DNA of 64,000 bases. Source: Octopus vulgaris. Its lineage: Eukaryota. This document shows, piece by piece, positions 1 through 14,229 of this stretch. Both the position numbers and the translations under genes were made by a program. The notes beneath the pieces are model-generated. The model searched no databases. It saw only the letters and a list, made by a program, of their open reading frames with translations, and was not told the origin of the DNA. The DNA is taken from assembly GCA_951406725.2 (NCBI GenBank), contig OX597831.1:50964001-51028000 (forward strand). The letters run 5' to 3'. Within the stretch, counting starts at the first letter, position 1. Each line of letters starts with the position of its first letter.

Positions 1-385
1 AGAGGGGACAAACAAGGACAGACAAACGGATTAAGTCGATTACATCGACCCCAGTGCGTGACTGGTACTTAAGTTATCGACCCCCGAAAGGATGAAAGGC
101 AAAGTCGACCTCGGCGGAATTTGAGCTCAGAACGTAGCGGCAGACGAAATACCTATTTCTTTACTACCCACAAGGGGCTAAACACAGAGGGAACAAACAA
201 GGACAGACAAACGGATTAAGTCGATTACATCGACCCCAGTGCGTGACTGGTACTTAATTTATCGACCCCGAAAGGATGAAAGGCAAAGTCGACCTGGGCG
301 GAATTTGAACTCAGAACGCAGCGGCAGACGAAATACCACAAAGCATTTCGCCCGGCGTACTAACGTTTCTGCCAGCCCGTCACCT
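1..385 (-). mobile_element. SINE family B, tandem units running off the window start
   Basis: Reverse complement of the family B consensus seen at 4092-4660: head GGCAGAAACGTTAG, B box GAGTTCAAATTC, core GTCGACTTTGCCTTTCATCCTTTCGGGGTCGATAAATTAAGTACC. Confidence 0.9.
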
Positions 386-690
386 TGTATTTTATCTACA
401 AGTATTTTATCTACTTGTTCTTTTGTGATACAACAGTACAGCTGACAACATTTAATCTTTTATGTCATTCTTGAACAGTGACATATATCTGTTTTGTCAG
501 ATGAAATGTAAGTGCAACTAAAGCAGAAATTACAGGAATTACTTATATAAAGTTACCAAATATTACAAAACTCTGATATTAGTTACTTGCTAACAGTTGT
601 TTTCTTCTTCATTTTCTATTTTCACTCACATTGTCAACGACGTCTACCAAACAACAAACAGAAGTATTTCTCATAGAAACTTCATATACA

Positions 691-855
691 GGCGCAGGAG
701 TGGCTGTGTGGTAAGTAGCTTGCCTACCAACCACATGGTTCCGAGTTCAGTCCCACTGCGTGGCACCTTGGGCAAGTGTCTTCTACTATAGCCTCGGGCC
801 GACCAAAGCCTTGTGAGTGGATCTGGTAGACGGAAACTGAAAGAAGCCTGTCGTA

Positions 856-907
<52 letters not shown>

Positions 908-1110
908 TGTGTGTGTTTGTGTGTCTGTGTTTGTCCCCTAGCATTGCTTGACAACCGATGTTGGTGTGTTTATGTCCCCGTTACTTAGCGGTTCGGCAAA
1001 AGAGACCGATACAATAAGTACTGGGCTTACAAAGAATAAGTCCCGGGGTCGAGTTGCTCGACTAAATGCGGTGCTCCAGCATGGCCGCAATCAACTGACT
1101 GAAACAAGAT
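691..1110 (+). mobile_element. SINE family A (tRNA-derived head, internal (TA)n/(TG)n, LINE-like tail)
   Basis: Head GGCGCAGGAGTGGCTGTGTGGTAAG with A-box-like and B-box-like (GAGTTCAGTCCC) motifs; tail GCGGTGCTCCAGCATGGCCGCA; more than 10 related copies in the window. Confidence 0.92.
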
Positions 1111-2947
1111 ACTGTTTAGTCGGGTTACCAAAGAACTAATGACGATGTCTTCGGCGTATATTAACTTAAAATTGATTTCTGATTGCTCAATATTTACTTA
1201 ATCCATTCTTTATAGAAATGTTGCGTTCCCATAGAACTACTCCTCATCCACTCTGAAGTAATATCGGTAAAGGAGTCAAACATCAATCCTTCTGTCGCCA
1301 GATCGATAGATGGCCAGTATAATTTAGAGAGATGTGTGTTACTTGGAAGATTTAACTGCAGAACGGAATGAAAATGGAGCTAATCATCAACATCGGCGCC
1401 ACCTTCATCATCTCCACAATCACAACCATCGCAATCAACACTATATCACAACCTTCATCATTCCTTTATGATCGCCTTTAGAAGCAATGTCGCCACTTTT
1501 AAATATAACGTTTAACTGCCTGAATAAAGTGCTTTTGTTGAATCGATCATTGCATGTACCACCTCAAAATGTATGCATCTGTAATGGCTATCGACGTAAA
1601 CTATCCTTTTCCAATTCCCATTTCAATTTTTCTTAGGAACTTATAGCTACGCAGTAATATAGATTCAGAGACAAAATTGCACGTCAAAACTTAATTAGAA
1701 ATATTTCCGACAGACATCTATCCATCTGCTGACAACATTTTAGCTGCTTGCAATGACTTTAATATATTATCTGCTATCTGCAAGAATAAGAGCTAGCTGT
1801 GCAAATCTATGATCGAAGATATTACAGCCAACACCATCCTGTTTTCCCCCCAGTCTAGATTATCCATTGAGTTGCCGTTTTTTTTAACACGGTATGGTGT
1901 GATATGGATGAGTTTGGGCTGCTATTTCTTGCCAGTTGTTGATAATGTTACCGATATCGTTACAGTTCTTATCACTGAATTGTTTTTTAATGAAGCTATT
2001 GTAATAATTAACTCCAAATCGGCTCTAATCCTGCAGAACTATGATCATTATCCAACGTGTCTTTCTTTTTAACATGATAGAAAGCGAGATGAGGATCATC
2101 TAGGTGCTATTACTTGCAAGTCGAGCGGCTGCGTATCGGCTCTATCTATATCATTTTTACAAGAGATATCACAGGACAATGAGAGGTTTTGCTGAAGTTT
2201 GTTTTATGGAAACAAGAGGGTAAAAAAACAATAATCTCAAAAGTTCGAGAACAATGACATACGGGAATTACTTTACAAAGACTTAAAATATTGGCTTGTT
2301 TTTGATAAATTAAATTTAATTATTTTAAAACACTACATTAAAAATTTTAGGTGTGAATGATTTCAGAAACACTCGAAAGCAAAATGACTTATACGGCAAA
2401 TTATTTAAATGCGTTAGAAATAATTATTTAGTAATTAACTGCTAATAAAAAACATGTACAGTCCTTCGGTAAATGACACGATAATTACATCATGCGCATA
2501 ATTCATTAGCATACTGCATTCATCTACTTGATTAGCTTAAAACCCTTGTTTAACAAACTCACACGGTATTTGAAACATGTAATGATGAAATACTATTACT
2601 ATATTTTTTTTTCTATTTTTTACTTGTTTCAATCATTAGATTGTGGCCATGCTGGGGCTTATTGATTAGTTTTATTTTATTATTTCTGCTACATATACTG
2701 TTTGGCTTTTAATGTTTAATTGAATTACCAGTGGAGCAATTTAGCTAAAACATTTAAGCGATATCAAGACCGTTGCAAAACTTAAAACGTGTCACTATTT
2801 CACGGTGCTGTTGATTGCATCTCTTCGTTGGTTGATAAGTGATTTATAAACTTGATAAATGCACATCTCCACCTTCTGTTGAACTTGTTGCTTTTTGCAC
2901 CCTCTTTTTAATATCCAATTGCCTCTTAAGCGTCTCTTCTTTCTCTC

Positions 2948-2986
<39 letters not shown>

Positions 2987-3997
2987 TATACATTATACAT
3001 ACCTACTCACACTCAATCTCATTCTCTCATTCTCTATCTCTCCAATTCTAAATTGTGTTTGTTTGTTTTTTTGTTTTGTTTGGCTTTGCTTTGCTTTATT
3101 TTTTTTAATAAAAACATATACGAGATCTTCCTAAGACATTCTCAGAAAGTTGCTTTCTACTTAACAACTCTTCACAATACAAAATAATAATATAAAAAAA
3201 AAGCTAACTCGTGAAACAAAATATTGAGATCACCTCATCACCTCACCATCTCACCATCCAGCTTTCTTTCTCACAACAAGCAACACCCAACCGCCGCACA
3301 GCCCTTAGAAAAACCTGTCAGTTAGTTACGGAAGCAACTACTTAACCTATTGTAACAAATTTCAAAAAAGTAAAGACGCATTCTACGTAATTCTATATTT
3401 ATTTATTTTTATTATTTTTACTCTCTTATTTTCTTTGGATTGTTCTTGAGAATAATTCATGAGGATAATTTATCACTAAGAGCGACGAGTAAGAATTCAT
3501 TTTATGGGGCGAAAGAATAGTTAAACTATTAAATGGCTGACTAAGTGTTTATTTGAGTGAAAATACTTCTTAAAAAAATTCGAATTACTAATGTTGTATG
3601 TGAGTGGACCTCTTGTGTGTTGCTGTATATCATGTGTATATGGTTGTGTTTCTGCGTTCGACTGTGTGATTCTATACGTACGATTCATGTATGTGTTTTT
3701 CTGCGTGTGCGTGTGTGTGTGTGTATGTATGTGTCTGTGTTTGCGTCTGTGTTTGTGTGTGCGCACGTATGCACGCGTTTGCGTGTGCGGGAATGTTTGA
3801 ATGTGTGTGTTGGGGGTTCAATCCTTATGCATATGTATGCAAGTATACATACGTATGTGCTCATGCCTTTGCAACTGCTTTAAAAAGTAGTTCCTTGAAG
3901 GAAGCGCGAGGGTGGAGAAAAGGAAAGTGGGAGGGGGGCACTGAACAGAAATACGAGCCGGGATTGGTCGATCGATAATATTTAATATATACGTTAG

Positions 3998-4890
3998 CAC
4001 AGTGGGCGAAATGCCAAGCTGTATTTCTTGTGTCTTTACGTTCTGAGTTCAAATTTCAGCGAGGTCGACTTTGCCTTTCATCGCTTAATAAAGGCGGCGA
4101 GCTGGCAGAAACGTTAGCACGCCGAGCGAAATGCGTAGCCGTATTTCGTCTGCTGTTACGTTCTGAGTTCAAATTCCGCTAAGGTCGACTTTGCCTTTCA
4201 TCCTTTCGGGGTCGATAAATTAAGTACCAGTCACGCACTTGGATCGATATAATCGACTTAATCCGTTTATCTGTCCTTGTTTGTCCCCTCTGTGTTTAGC
4301 CCCTTGTGGGTTGTAAAGAAATAGGTATTTCGTCTGCCGCTACGTTCTGAGTTCAAATTCCGCCGAGGTCGACTTTGCCTTTCATCCTTTCGGGGTCGAT
4401 AAATTAAGTACCCGTTACCCACTGGGATCGATGTAATCGACTTAATCCGTTTGTCTGTTCTTGTTTGTCCCCTCTGTGTTTAGCTCCTTGTGGGTAGTAA
4501 AGAAATAGGTATTTCGTCTGCCGTTACTTTCTGAGTTCAAATTCCTTCCGCCGAGGTCGACTTTACCTTTCATCCTTTCGGAGTCGATAAATTAAGTACC
4601 AGTTGCATACTGCCCCCCTCCCCAAAATTTCGGGCCCTATGTCTAGAGTAGAAAAGAATATTCAATATATACGAAGCCAAAAACTGCAAACACACGAAAT
4701 CAGTAGCACGCCGGGCGAAATATTTAGCGACATTTCGTCCGTCTTTACGTTCTGAGTTCAGATTCTACCAAGGTCGACTTTGCCTTTCGTTTTTTTCAGG
4801 ATCGATAAAATAAGTACCAATGGAACACTTTGGTCTATGTAATCGACTTACCTCTTCCCACGAAATTGCTTGCCTTGTGCCAAAATATGA
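3998..4890 (+). mobile_element. Tandem array of about 5-6 SINE family B units
   Basis: Repeated TTCTGAGTTCAAATTCCGCCGAGGTCGACTTTGCCTTTCATCC units with three different tails. The core resembles the Meta/MESC SINE domain as I recall it (not verified). Confidence 0.9.
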
Positions 4891-4891
4891 C

Positions 4892-5280
4892 GAAAAGTGT
4901 TCTTCCATCGGGATAATGCTCAGCCACATACAGTGAGGATGACATTCCAAAGGCTAGAGTAGTTTGAATGGGAAATGATGCCCCACCCACCATATTCTGC
5001 CGGACATTGCCCCATCTGATTACTCCTCAGTCTTCAAAGTCATTTGGACAGAAGAAATACGAATTCTGTGGACGAGGTCAGAACAGTAGTGGAGGAGTAT
5101 TTTTCGTCACAGACAAGTGAATTTTGGAAAAGGGGCCTTGCAAGTCTACCAGATAGATGGAAGAGCTTTGTAGAAAATGAAGGGGAGTATATTTTAGATT
5201 AAAAAGGAACTTTGTTTATCTTAATTTTGAAAAATAAAAGAAGTATTAAAAAATCGCTTAATTAATGAAATGACCCAATA
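4892..5280 (+). mobile_element. Mariner transposon 3' remnant (transposase pseudogene plus right TIR)
   Basis: Translates with a stop and frameshifts as FHRDNAQPHT...EWEMMPHPPYS/PDIAPSDY...LPDRWKSFVENEGEYILD*, matching the mariner HDNA and YSPDLAPxD motifs; ends ...ATGACCCAA|TA. Confidence 0.9.
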
Positions 5281-5523
5281 TATGTAATTATATTTACGAC
5301 TGGCTTCTTTCACTTTTTGTCTACCCTATCCGTTCGCAAGGCTTTGATTAGCTCGAAGCTATAGTAGAAAAAAGCTTGCCCAAGGTGCCACGCAGTGGCA
5401 CGGAATCCGAAACCAAGTAGTTGGAAAATAAACTTTTTATCATACAGTCACGTCTACATCACACATACACACACACGCATACAATACATTGGTATGCTTA
5501 TTTATGTGTATAGATATATGTGT

Positions 5524-5636
<113 letters not shown>

Positions 5637-6223
5637 CATTAAAGGTATATACTGCAAACAACTGGCATCGGGTCAGATTAAGACGTTTATATGTCTATAT
5701 ATTGATATTCATACAAATGAATATCAAAAGGGTCTAGACCACAGGAGATCAATAAAAGATCGGTTGAAGATTGTTCATAATAATAGTAATAAATGCTGGT
5801 ATTCGCCCGGAACAGTTATAAAGTAAGTCCGTATTACTGATAATAGATAATAGGTTATGGCAGCTCGTCGTAGGTAGAATCCAAAGTCGCATGAGAAGGA
5901 AGAAAATATGCAAGTAGTCATACTCTTACAGCTCTATCACAAATAGATGTGCTGTTGGTGTAATTCCCTGCAAGCAGTGCGCAACCAGCATTTTAGTGAT
6001 AATTTATTCCATCATCGGAGGAAAAGTTAATTGACTTCTTATGATTTCAACTTCTACAATATTCGTTTCTCAAGTTATATCAATGTGTAAATATATTAAC
6101 ATCTCTGCACTTTTATTTGTAGTTCGTTGGAGTTTAGTAGTAGTTCGAGTCAAACTGAGCACAAAATTTTGTATCTGTTACCTTACATCATCAGACCAAA
6201 TATTATCTGAAGTTTATACATAC

Positions 6224-6784
<561 letters not shown>

Positions 6785-6833
6785 GTAGATTTTGATGATG
6801 AAACTTTTGTATGCATGTATATATGTATGCAGT

Positions 6834-7082
6834 GGAGGCACGTGGCTTAGTGGTTAGGGTGTCGGCATCATGATCGTAAGATTGTGGTTTCCCTGGACCG
6901 GGCTACTCGTTGTGTTCTTGAGCAAAACACTTCATTTCACGTTGCTCGAGTCCACTCAGCTGGCAAAAGTGAGTAACGATGCGATGGACTGGCGTCTCGT
7001 CCAGTTGGGGAACACATACGCCATTGAAACCGGAAAACCGGGCCCATGAGCCTGGCTAGGCTTTAAAAGGGCGCATTTATTT
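6834..7082 (+). mobile_element. SINE family D (tRNA-derived, V-SINE-like body)
   Basis: A box TGGCTTAGTGG and degenerate B box, then CTTGAGCAAAACACTT...CACTCAGCTG...GCGATGGACTGGCGTCTCGTCCAG...GAAACCGG and an (ATTT)n end; a decayed relative lies at ~24195-24330. Confidence 0.75.
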
Positions 7083-7119
7083 ATTATATTTATATATATG
7101 TATGCATTTATATACACAT

Positions 7120-7367
7120 ACTCTTTTACTCTTTTACTTGATTCAGTCATTTGACTGCGGCCATGCTGGAGCACCGCCTTTAATCGACCAAATCGACCCC
7201 ATGACTTATTCTTTGGAAGATTAGTACTTATTCTATCGATCTATTTTGCCGAACCGCTAAGTTACTGGGACGTAAAAACACGACCATTGGTTGTCAAGCG
7301 ATGTTGGCGGGACAAGCACAAACACACAAACATACACACACACATACACACACACACATACATACAT

Positions 7368-7434
<67 letters not shown>

Positions 7435-7585
7435 TACGACGGGCTTCTCTCAGTTTCCATCAACCAAATCCAAGCACAAGGCTTTGATCGGCCCGAGGAT
7501 ATAGCAGAAGATACTTGCCCAAAGTGCCACGTAGTGGGAATGAACCCGGAACCATGTGGTTGGTAAGCAAGCTACTTAACACTAC
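7120..7585 (-). mobile_element. SINE family A
   Basis: Reverse complement of the 691-1110 consensus including the (AAAAGAGT)n tail. Confidence 0.9.
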
Positions 7586-8266
7586 TGACACATACACTTA
7601 CACACATATTAGATATGTGTGCCAATGTGCCTCTAAAGCCACGAGATATTTTCCTTAATCGATTCTTTCTAGTGCTACATATATATTATTTAATGGAATA
7701 TTTCTAAGAACACATATAGTTTTATAAATAATAGCATGAAAATATTGGAATGGAATTCCTTTTGGATAGAAAATGTCGAAGACTGCTTATAGGACATCAA
7801 TACATGTCTCCTGTAGATATGACAGACGTTCTTCCATTGTACCGAAGAAACCCTTCGAATTTCTTTGTCCATTTTAGACTGTTTATTTACCATTGAGAAT
7901 TGTATGTTGTTGACGTCATAAGAATTATATAAATTCTCGAAAGAACATGAATTAATTCATTATGTGGGGGCGAATGGATAATATCTAGAAGAGCTATACA
8001 CATTTTTTACTATTCAAAAAAGTTTTTTTAATATAATATTTACTCGCCAATATTTGAATCTTTATGTGTGTACTTCGATATATGCCAAAAGGCAATTAGT
8101 TCGCCATCTCTCGAAAGTTTATAAAATACTGACGTTGAAAATAGAGTTGGTACAGAAACAATCGTAACGAATCATTAAAGATGTGTTAAATAATTGTTTC
8201 TTTGCATTCTTATCATTTGACGTGTATGTATGTATGTATGTATGTATGTACATACATACAAATATG

Positions 8267-8351
<85 letters not shown>

Positions 8352-8488
8352 TCAATAAATGGTGGGGTTGTGTTGACCGCACGTGGAGAAATGATAAGTA
8401 AGGAAAAATTTTTTTTAAAATGCAGAATGCTCAAATGAAAGAAAATTTTAATAAAATGAGAAAATGATAAAATATATAAATATATATT

Positions 8489-8529
8489 TATTCAACCGGT
8501 TTTCGTCATTGTATGACTTGTCAAGAATA
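8489..8529 (-). ncRNA. Hammerhead ribozyme-like motif, U3-A8 core variant
   Basis: Minus strand: TATTC TTGACAA GTCAT aca ATGAC GAAA ACCGG TT GAATA. Stems I and II are perfect; stem III region is the palindrome AACCGGTT with slightly ambiguous register. Confidence 0.65.
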
Positions 8530-9160
8530 TTTATGTTTTAAGAAGTTTTTTAAAAATTAGAAAGGGGAAAAAAAGAAAATTGCATTGTTTTTTGTAAAAG
8601 AATAATGATAAAAATGTACAAAAATTGAAAAATAAGTTCTCCGATACATTGTGAGTTCGTTGTGTATCTTGAGTTTTATGGTTGTTTACCAAAAAATTAC
8701 CTTGAGGTGTTAAGATCCAAAGGGATTAAGAGCATGTGATGTGTTGTGTTGTTAAATTCAGCATGTTGCAGGACAGGAAGTAGTAGTAATTGTGGTCCTG
8801 GTTCTTCAGTTCCTGTGTTGTGAGTAAGGGGAGACAACTCTTTTGAGTTCTTCAATAAAACCCAAATTATAAAACTATCATTTTAGCTTCATTTGCATTA
8901 TCTTTTTTATATAATTGCTTGTTAACTTAACTTTCAGATTTTAACACTTTATTTATATTATTTTCTAATAATATAAATCTGCATAGACAATTGCATTTCA
9001 AATTGTCATATCATTTATAATAAAAATGATAGTAATAACAACAATAGTAAAAATGATATTTAAAGAATATAAGTTTTAGCTTGAAGTGATGAATGCATGG
9101 TATCTTTATATATTTGTGTTAGTCCATCCATGAAGAGTGAGGTAGAGAAAGGAAGTTTGA

Positions 9161-9433
9161 TCAACGAGGAGTTTGCATATTAAGTTGTGTTTGGAATTTT
9201 TCAATAAAGAGATTCTCCTTGTTAATTCTCTCCTGTGTGGTGATCCCGTCTTTACATTGGTAGAAGGGGAATATATAGAATTTGGGGTTTAAGTCTTTAG
9301 CACATGAGTCTAAGTGGTCACTCAGTGGAATTTGTCGGTATTCCGGGAGATTTATTTGTTCTTTATGCACCGTTACTCGTTTACGTAACGGGAGACTCGT
9401 TTGTCCAACATAATTATGTTGGCAACCAGCGCC
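9161..9433 (-). pseudogene. PLE GIY-YIG endonuclease C-terminal fragment
   Basis: GAGCQHNYVGQTSLPLRKRVTVHKEQI...LSDHLDSC...ERINKENLFIEKFQTQLN fits the PLE pattern C-x3-YVGQT-x3-L-x2-R-x3-H ... E-x2-FI-x6-LN. Confidence 0.88.
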
Positions 9434-9450
9434 ATATATATATATATATA

Positions 9451-9686
9451 TATCTGTAAAATAATAAGTGACAATTATTCAATAGCCAAGATAAAACTCT
9501 GAGTTTCGGATGCCGAAGTGGAAAACCGAAGAGATGGTGTTGTGGATTTCCACTTCGGCATCCGAAACTCAGAGTTTTATCTTGGCTATTGAATAATTGT
9601 CACATATTATTTTACAGATAAATTTCCTCTATTTACATAATATTGAGGTCTCTTTCTTTCTTTTGTTATCTTACCGTTTTTACCAA
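9451..9686 (+). mobile_element. Asymmetric palindromic insert in (TA)n (74 bp arms plus ~66 bp extension) with a partial hammerhead
   Basis: 9451-9524 is the reverse complement of 9547-9620 with one mismatch; the centre reads CCGAAGA GATG...CATCC GAAA CTC AGAG. Confidence 0.75.
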
Positions 9687-9699
9687 TATATATATATAA

Positions 9700-9734
<35 letters not shown>

Positions 9735-9748
9735 TGTATGTATGTATA

Positions 9749-11697
9749 CTAGCAGTAATACCCGTCGTTGATCGGGTAATTACTTTTACTGTTTCTCGGG
9801 AGCCACATTCAAAGTATTATTATATATATAGTTTACTCCTCCTGTATGTGTTATTTTATTTATCAATAGAGTAATGGCAATTATATAATACTCTTCATTT
9901 AAATAGGTAATTTACTTATTCTTGAATGTAATGATAGTAATGGTAAGTTAAGTTATTGAAGTATTAAGAGTGAATATTTCTTTATAAGAATGAATATTTC
10001 TTTATAAACATTGTATGTTTTTTTTCTTTTTGTAGTGTTATTTCGGAGTGCATAAGCTAAAAGATTTACTTTTGTTCCCACACATGATGCTCCTACATAA
10101 AGTTGGCCATGTGAAAAGCATGGTTCTTCAAGTTGCAATCCATCAACTTTTAGTGTTTGGCACTGAGTTTTATTAACGCTCATGGCAAAAGAAAGTGGGA
10201 CAGGAAACTGTAACTGCTTAAATTGGAATGGGACATTAGATGGTATTACTGGTATGCGATGGTATGCGAGGACTGAAGACGGTCTTACATTTACCACAAC
10301 TAGTGAGAAAATTTACCCCCAACGCAGTTCCTCATAAGTTTGTGCACAATTAATCTTGTAGCACTGCATAATTTAGTTGAGACAAATTATGTAATAGCAT
10401 AATAGCAGTCCATTCTTTCAGCTGAAGACAATGAGGAGCTGTACTGGTGGTTCTTGTGAGTTCAAAAATTCAATGGGGTAGTTAATGTCCTGATCATCAA
10501 CAACCCTGTCAATTGAGTTATAAGTGAATACTTCTCCTGGAAGTTTATTAATAACATATTATTAATCGTGATGCATATATGCCATTTGAATATGACTAAC
10601 CCATAAGGGTGGATGCTACTGTAGTTTGTAGCCCCAGGAAGATACCTCCTCCAACTGACTATAGACACACTATCTGTATCCTGTCAGTATTTGTGAAGGG
10701 GAGTCATCCTCCCCGTCTTCAACACATGATACACACGTACCCGAGTTTCAAGGTGTTTACCTTTCATCAGCGTGTGACAGTCATGGTTGTCGATGAGAAG
10801 TCAGATCCCTTCACAAATACATATAACTCGCTCTGAGATTTATCATATTATTAATGTTATGTACATAATGTTATGTATTTTTTGGAGCCAGGATAGCTCG
10901 CTCACAGATCCAATTTGTATTGTTGTTATTATAAAGAAGATTGGGAAATATTTCATCCACCCACCAAATCATCGACGGAATCAGTTGAATTACATATTGC
11001 ATTGAGTATAAGTGGCTGTTCTTTATCAATTGAAACTCACCCTTCACCGAGTTTCAAGAGCTGCACAACAAATAGTTCAGCTGATTGATCTCTTGAAAGT
11101 CTCTATCTCATATAATAATTGAAGTAGAAAAAAGATCAAGTTCATACATGAAATTCTATTTGTTTCTTATATGACAATAATAAGTGAGCTGTGTGTATTA
11201 TTATATTTATGAATACAGTAATGGCAATTATATAATACACTTCATTTAAATAGGTATGTTCTTCAAGTTGCAAGCCACCAACTTTTAGTGTTTGGCCTGG
11301 AGTTTTATAAATGCTCATGGCAACAGAAAGTGGGATCGGAAACCGTAATGGCTTAAATTGGAATAGGACATTAAATGAGATGAAGAAGTCGGTGTGACCT
11401 TTACCACAGACAATGAGAATATTTGCCTCAATGCAGTTCCTTATAAGTTTGTGCACAATTAGTGGTGTACAATTGCATAATTTTAGCTGAGACAAATTAG
11501 GCAATAGCATTAAAGCTTCCTCTGAACCAAGTACTCTCATTTTGCCGGAGAAAGATAGAGACAGAATTTCGACGATTTTATATATATATATATATATATA
11601 TATGTATACAGAAAAAGCATAATAGCTTCCCTTGACCCATTTAGCTTCATTTTGTTGGACAAACAAACGGACAGAATCTCTCTTGTATATATGCAGA
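9749..11697 (-). mobile_element. Composite Helitron remnant with two PIF1-helicase fragments
   Basis: FQFKQLQFPVPLSFAMSVNKTQCQTLKVDGLQLEEPCFSHGQLYVGAS (~10080-10230) and a second copy (~11255-11520). The 3' end is hairpin ACCCG..CGGGT then CTAG|T at 9749; a possible 5' A|TC is at 11697. Confidence 0.88.
10732..10776 (-). ncRNA. Type I minimal hammerhead ribozyme, canonical core
   Basis: Minus strand: CACACG CTGATGA AAGGT aaac ACCTT GAAA C tcgg G TA CGTGTG. All core nucleotides present, 6-bp stem I, 5-bp stem II, GUA cleavage triplet. Confidence 0.88.
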
Positions 11698-12134
11698 TAT
11701 GATATGTATGTATGTATGTGTGTATGTATGTGTGTGTGTATGTATGTATGTATGTATGTATGTATGTATGTATGTATGTATGTATGTATGTATGTATGTA
11801 CGGTGCTGGCATTGTTTTCTAGGTTTGTCTTTACTCGCCTCGTTGTGACCAGTAGATTGTCCAGAATGTTGCAACGGGAAAATTTAACTTGAGCGTACAG
11901 GAAATGTCAGAATAAATATCGCAAGCTGTCTCGCTCAAACCTTTAAAAGTAGCAGCAAAACTTCGATGAAACGGTGCTTATTTATCGACTCTGAAAGGAT
12001 TAAACATAAAGATGACCTCGGCAAGATATGCACTCAGAGAAATGGATCCCGAAGGAAAATGACTAATCCTTCATTCTGAGTTTTCTATAGTGAATATAAG
12101 CTTAGTATTTGTAGCATGATATGTAATTTCTCTT

Positions 12135-12545
12135 TACTCTTTTTTTTTTGTTTTAGTCATTTGACTGCGGCATGCTGGAGCACCGCCTTTAGTCGAGCAA
12201 ATCGACCCCAGGACTTATTCTTTGGAAGCCTAGTACTTATTCTATCAGTTTCTTTTACCGAACCGCTAAGTTACGGGGACGTAAACACACCAGCATCGGT
12301 TGTCAAGTGATGTTGGGAGTGACAAACACAGACACACAAACATACACACACACATACACACACACACACACACATACACACACATATATATATATATATA
12401 TACATACGACGGGCTTTTTTCAGTTTCCACCTACCAAATCCACTCACAAGGTTTTGGTCGGCCCGAGGCTATATGGAAAACACTTGCCCAAGGTGCCACG
12501 CAGTGGGACTGAACCCGGAACCATGTGGTTGGTAAGCAATTACGC
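12135..12545 (-). mobile_element. SINE family A
   Basis: Reverse complement match to family A. Confidence 0.9.
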
Positions 12546-12634
12546 AACATTGAATTAGAAAATTGTTCAGTATAATTTGTCTTCTTAATTAATGTAATTA
12601 ACTAGACGGGGTTTTTTTTCTATAAACAAACACA

Positions 12635-12727
12635 AAGAAGAAGAAGAAGAAGAAGAAGAAGAAGAAGAAGAAGAAGAAGAAGAAGAAGAAGAAGAAGAAG
12701 AAGAAGAAGAAGAAGAAGAAGAAGAAG
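12635..12727. repeat. (GAA)n microsatellite
   Basis: About 30 perfect units. Confidence 0.97.
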
Positions 12728-12869
12728 GCTGTAAGTAACCATAGCTGTAACATCTACAGCTTTAGTTAATGCAGTACTAATTAACCACCATTGTCTAATT
12801 ATAAACACATGCTGCACACGTATACCAGTTATAGACTTGTTACATTGCATCTGAGCATACAGGAGTATG

Positions 12870-13470
12870 TGCGTGTGTGTATATACACATTTACAGATTT
12901 ATATATATATATAAATATATATATATACGCACATACAAACATTTACATGTGTATATACATACATATATGATACATACATAAAGTATACATATACAGATAT
13001 ACATGTGTGTGTACCTATATATATATGTGTGTGTGTGTATGTATATACATATGTATATATATATATATATACATATATACACATATATGTATATATATAT
13101 ATATACATATATGTATATACATATATATGTATATATATGTATATATACACTTACACACCTACATATATATATCTATGTATGTATATTATACTTACGCATG
13201 ATGTATATGGATGTATGCAAAGATATATATAATTACTTGTTTGTCTTTATATTTATATACACGTTAGTAAATCTTCACATAATTAATTGTAAAGCACTCA
13301 GATCTTGCCGACACCTCATTGCATTGACTTCTACACGTACATGTTGTGTGTGTATGTTTTTATGTGAGTGTATGTGTGTATGTATATATGCATGTGTGCA
13401 TGTATTCATGTATGTATATGTGTCTATATATATTTGTATACATGCATGGTTATGTAAAGCATATTTACTT
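12870..13470. repeat. Degenerate (TA/TG/CA)n low-complexity tract
   Basis: Alternating purine-pyrimidine tract; source of the YI/CV-rich ORFs. Confidence 0.9.
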
Positions 13471-13500
13471 GCGTGAGCGTATATCCGGTCCATAAATAGA

Positions 13501-13572
<72 letters not shown>

Positions 13573-13784
13573 GGTGGCGTGCTGGCACAATCGTTAGCAC
13601 GCTGGGCGAAATGCTTTGCGGTATTTCGCCGGTCGCTGCGTTCTGAGTTCAAATTCCACCGAGGTTAACTTTGCCTTTCATACTTTCGGGGTCGATAAAT
13701 TAAGTACCAGTTGAGAAATGTGGTAGATGTAATCGACTTAAGCCCTCCCACCAAATTTCAGGCCTTGCGCCTATGATAGAAAGG

Positions 13785-13843
<59 letters not shown>

Positions 13844-14098
13844 CCTCATCATCATCATCATCATCGTCATCATCAGTATTATTATCAAGGCGGTGAGCTG
13901 GCAGAATCGTTAGCACGTCGGACAAAATACTTTGCAATATTTCGCCCTTCGCTACGTTCTTAGCTCAAATGCTGTCATGGTCGACCTTGCCTTTCAGGGT
14001 CGATAAAATAAGTACCAGTTATGCACTGGGGTCTGTATAATCGACAAGCTCCCTCCACCACAATCTCAGGCCTTGTGCCTCTAGTGGAAAGGATTATG

Positions 14099-14179
<81 letters not shown>

Positions 14180-14188
14180 ATTATCAAG

Positions 14189-14229
14189 TGAACGATATTT
14201 CGGCATCTAGTGTGCCTTCCTCAGGTTCA
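14189..14229 (-). ncRNA. Minimal hammerhead ribozyme within an inverted-repeat insert (~14180-14415)
   Basis: Minus strand: TGAAC CTGAGGA A GGCA cactaga TGCC GAAA TA TC GTTCA; a decayed plus-strand mirror copy lies at 14363-14403. Confidence 0.82.

Larger units (their letters stand above)
8350..9433 (-). mobile_element. 5'-truncated Penelope-like element (GIY-YIG end, 3' region, hammerhead), flanked by (TA)n
   Basis: Endonuclease fragment at 9161-9433, hammerhead-like motif at 8489-8529, (TA)n on both sides. Confidence 0.8.
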
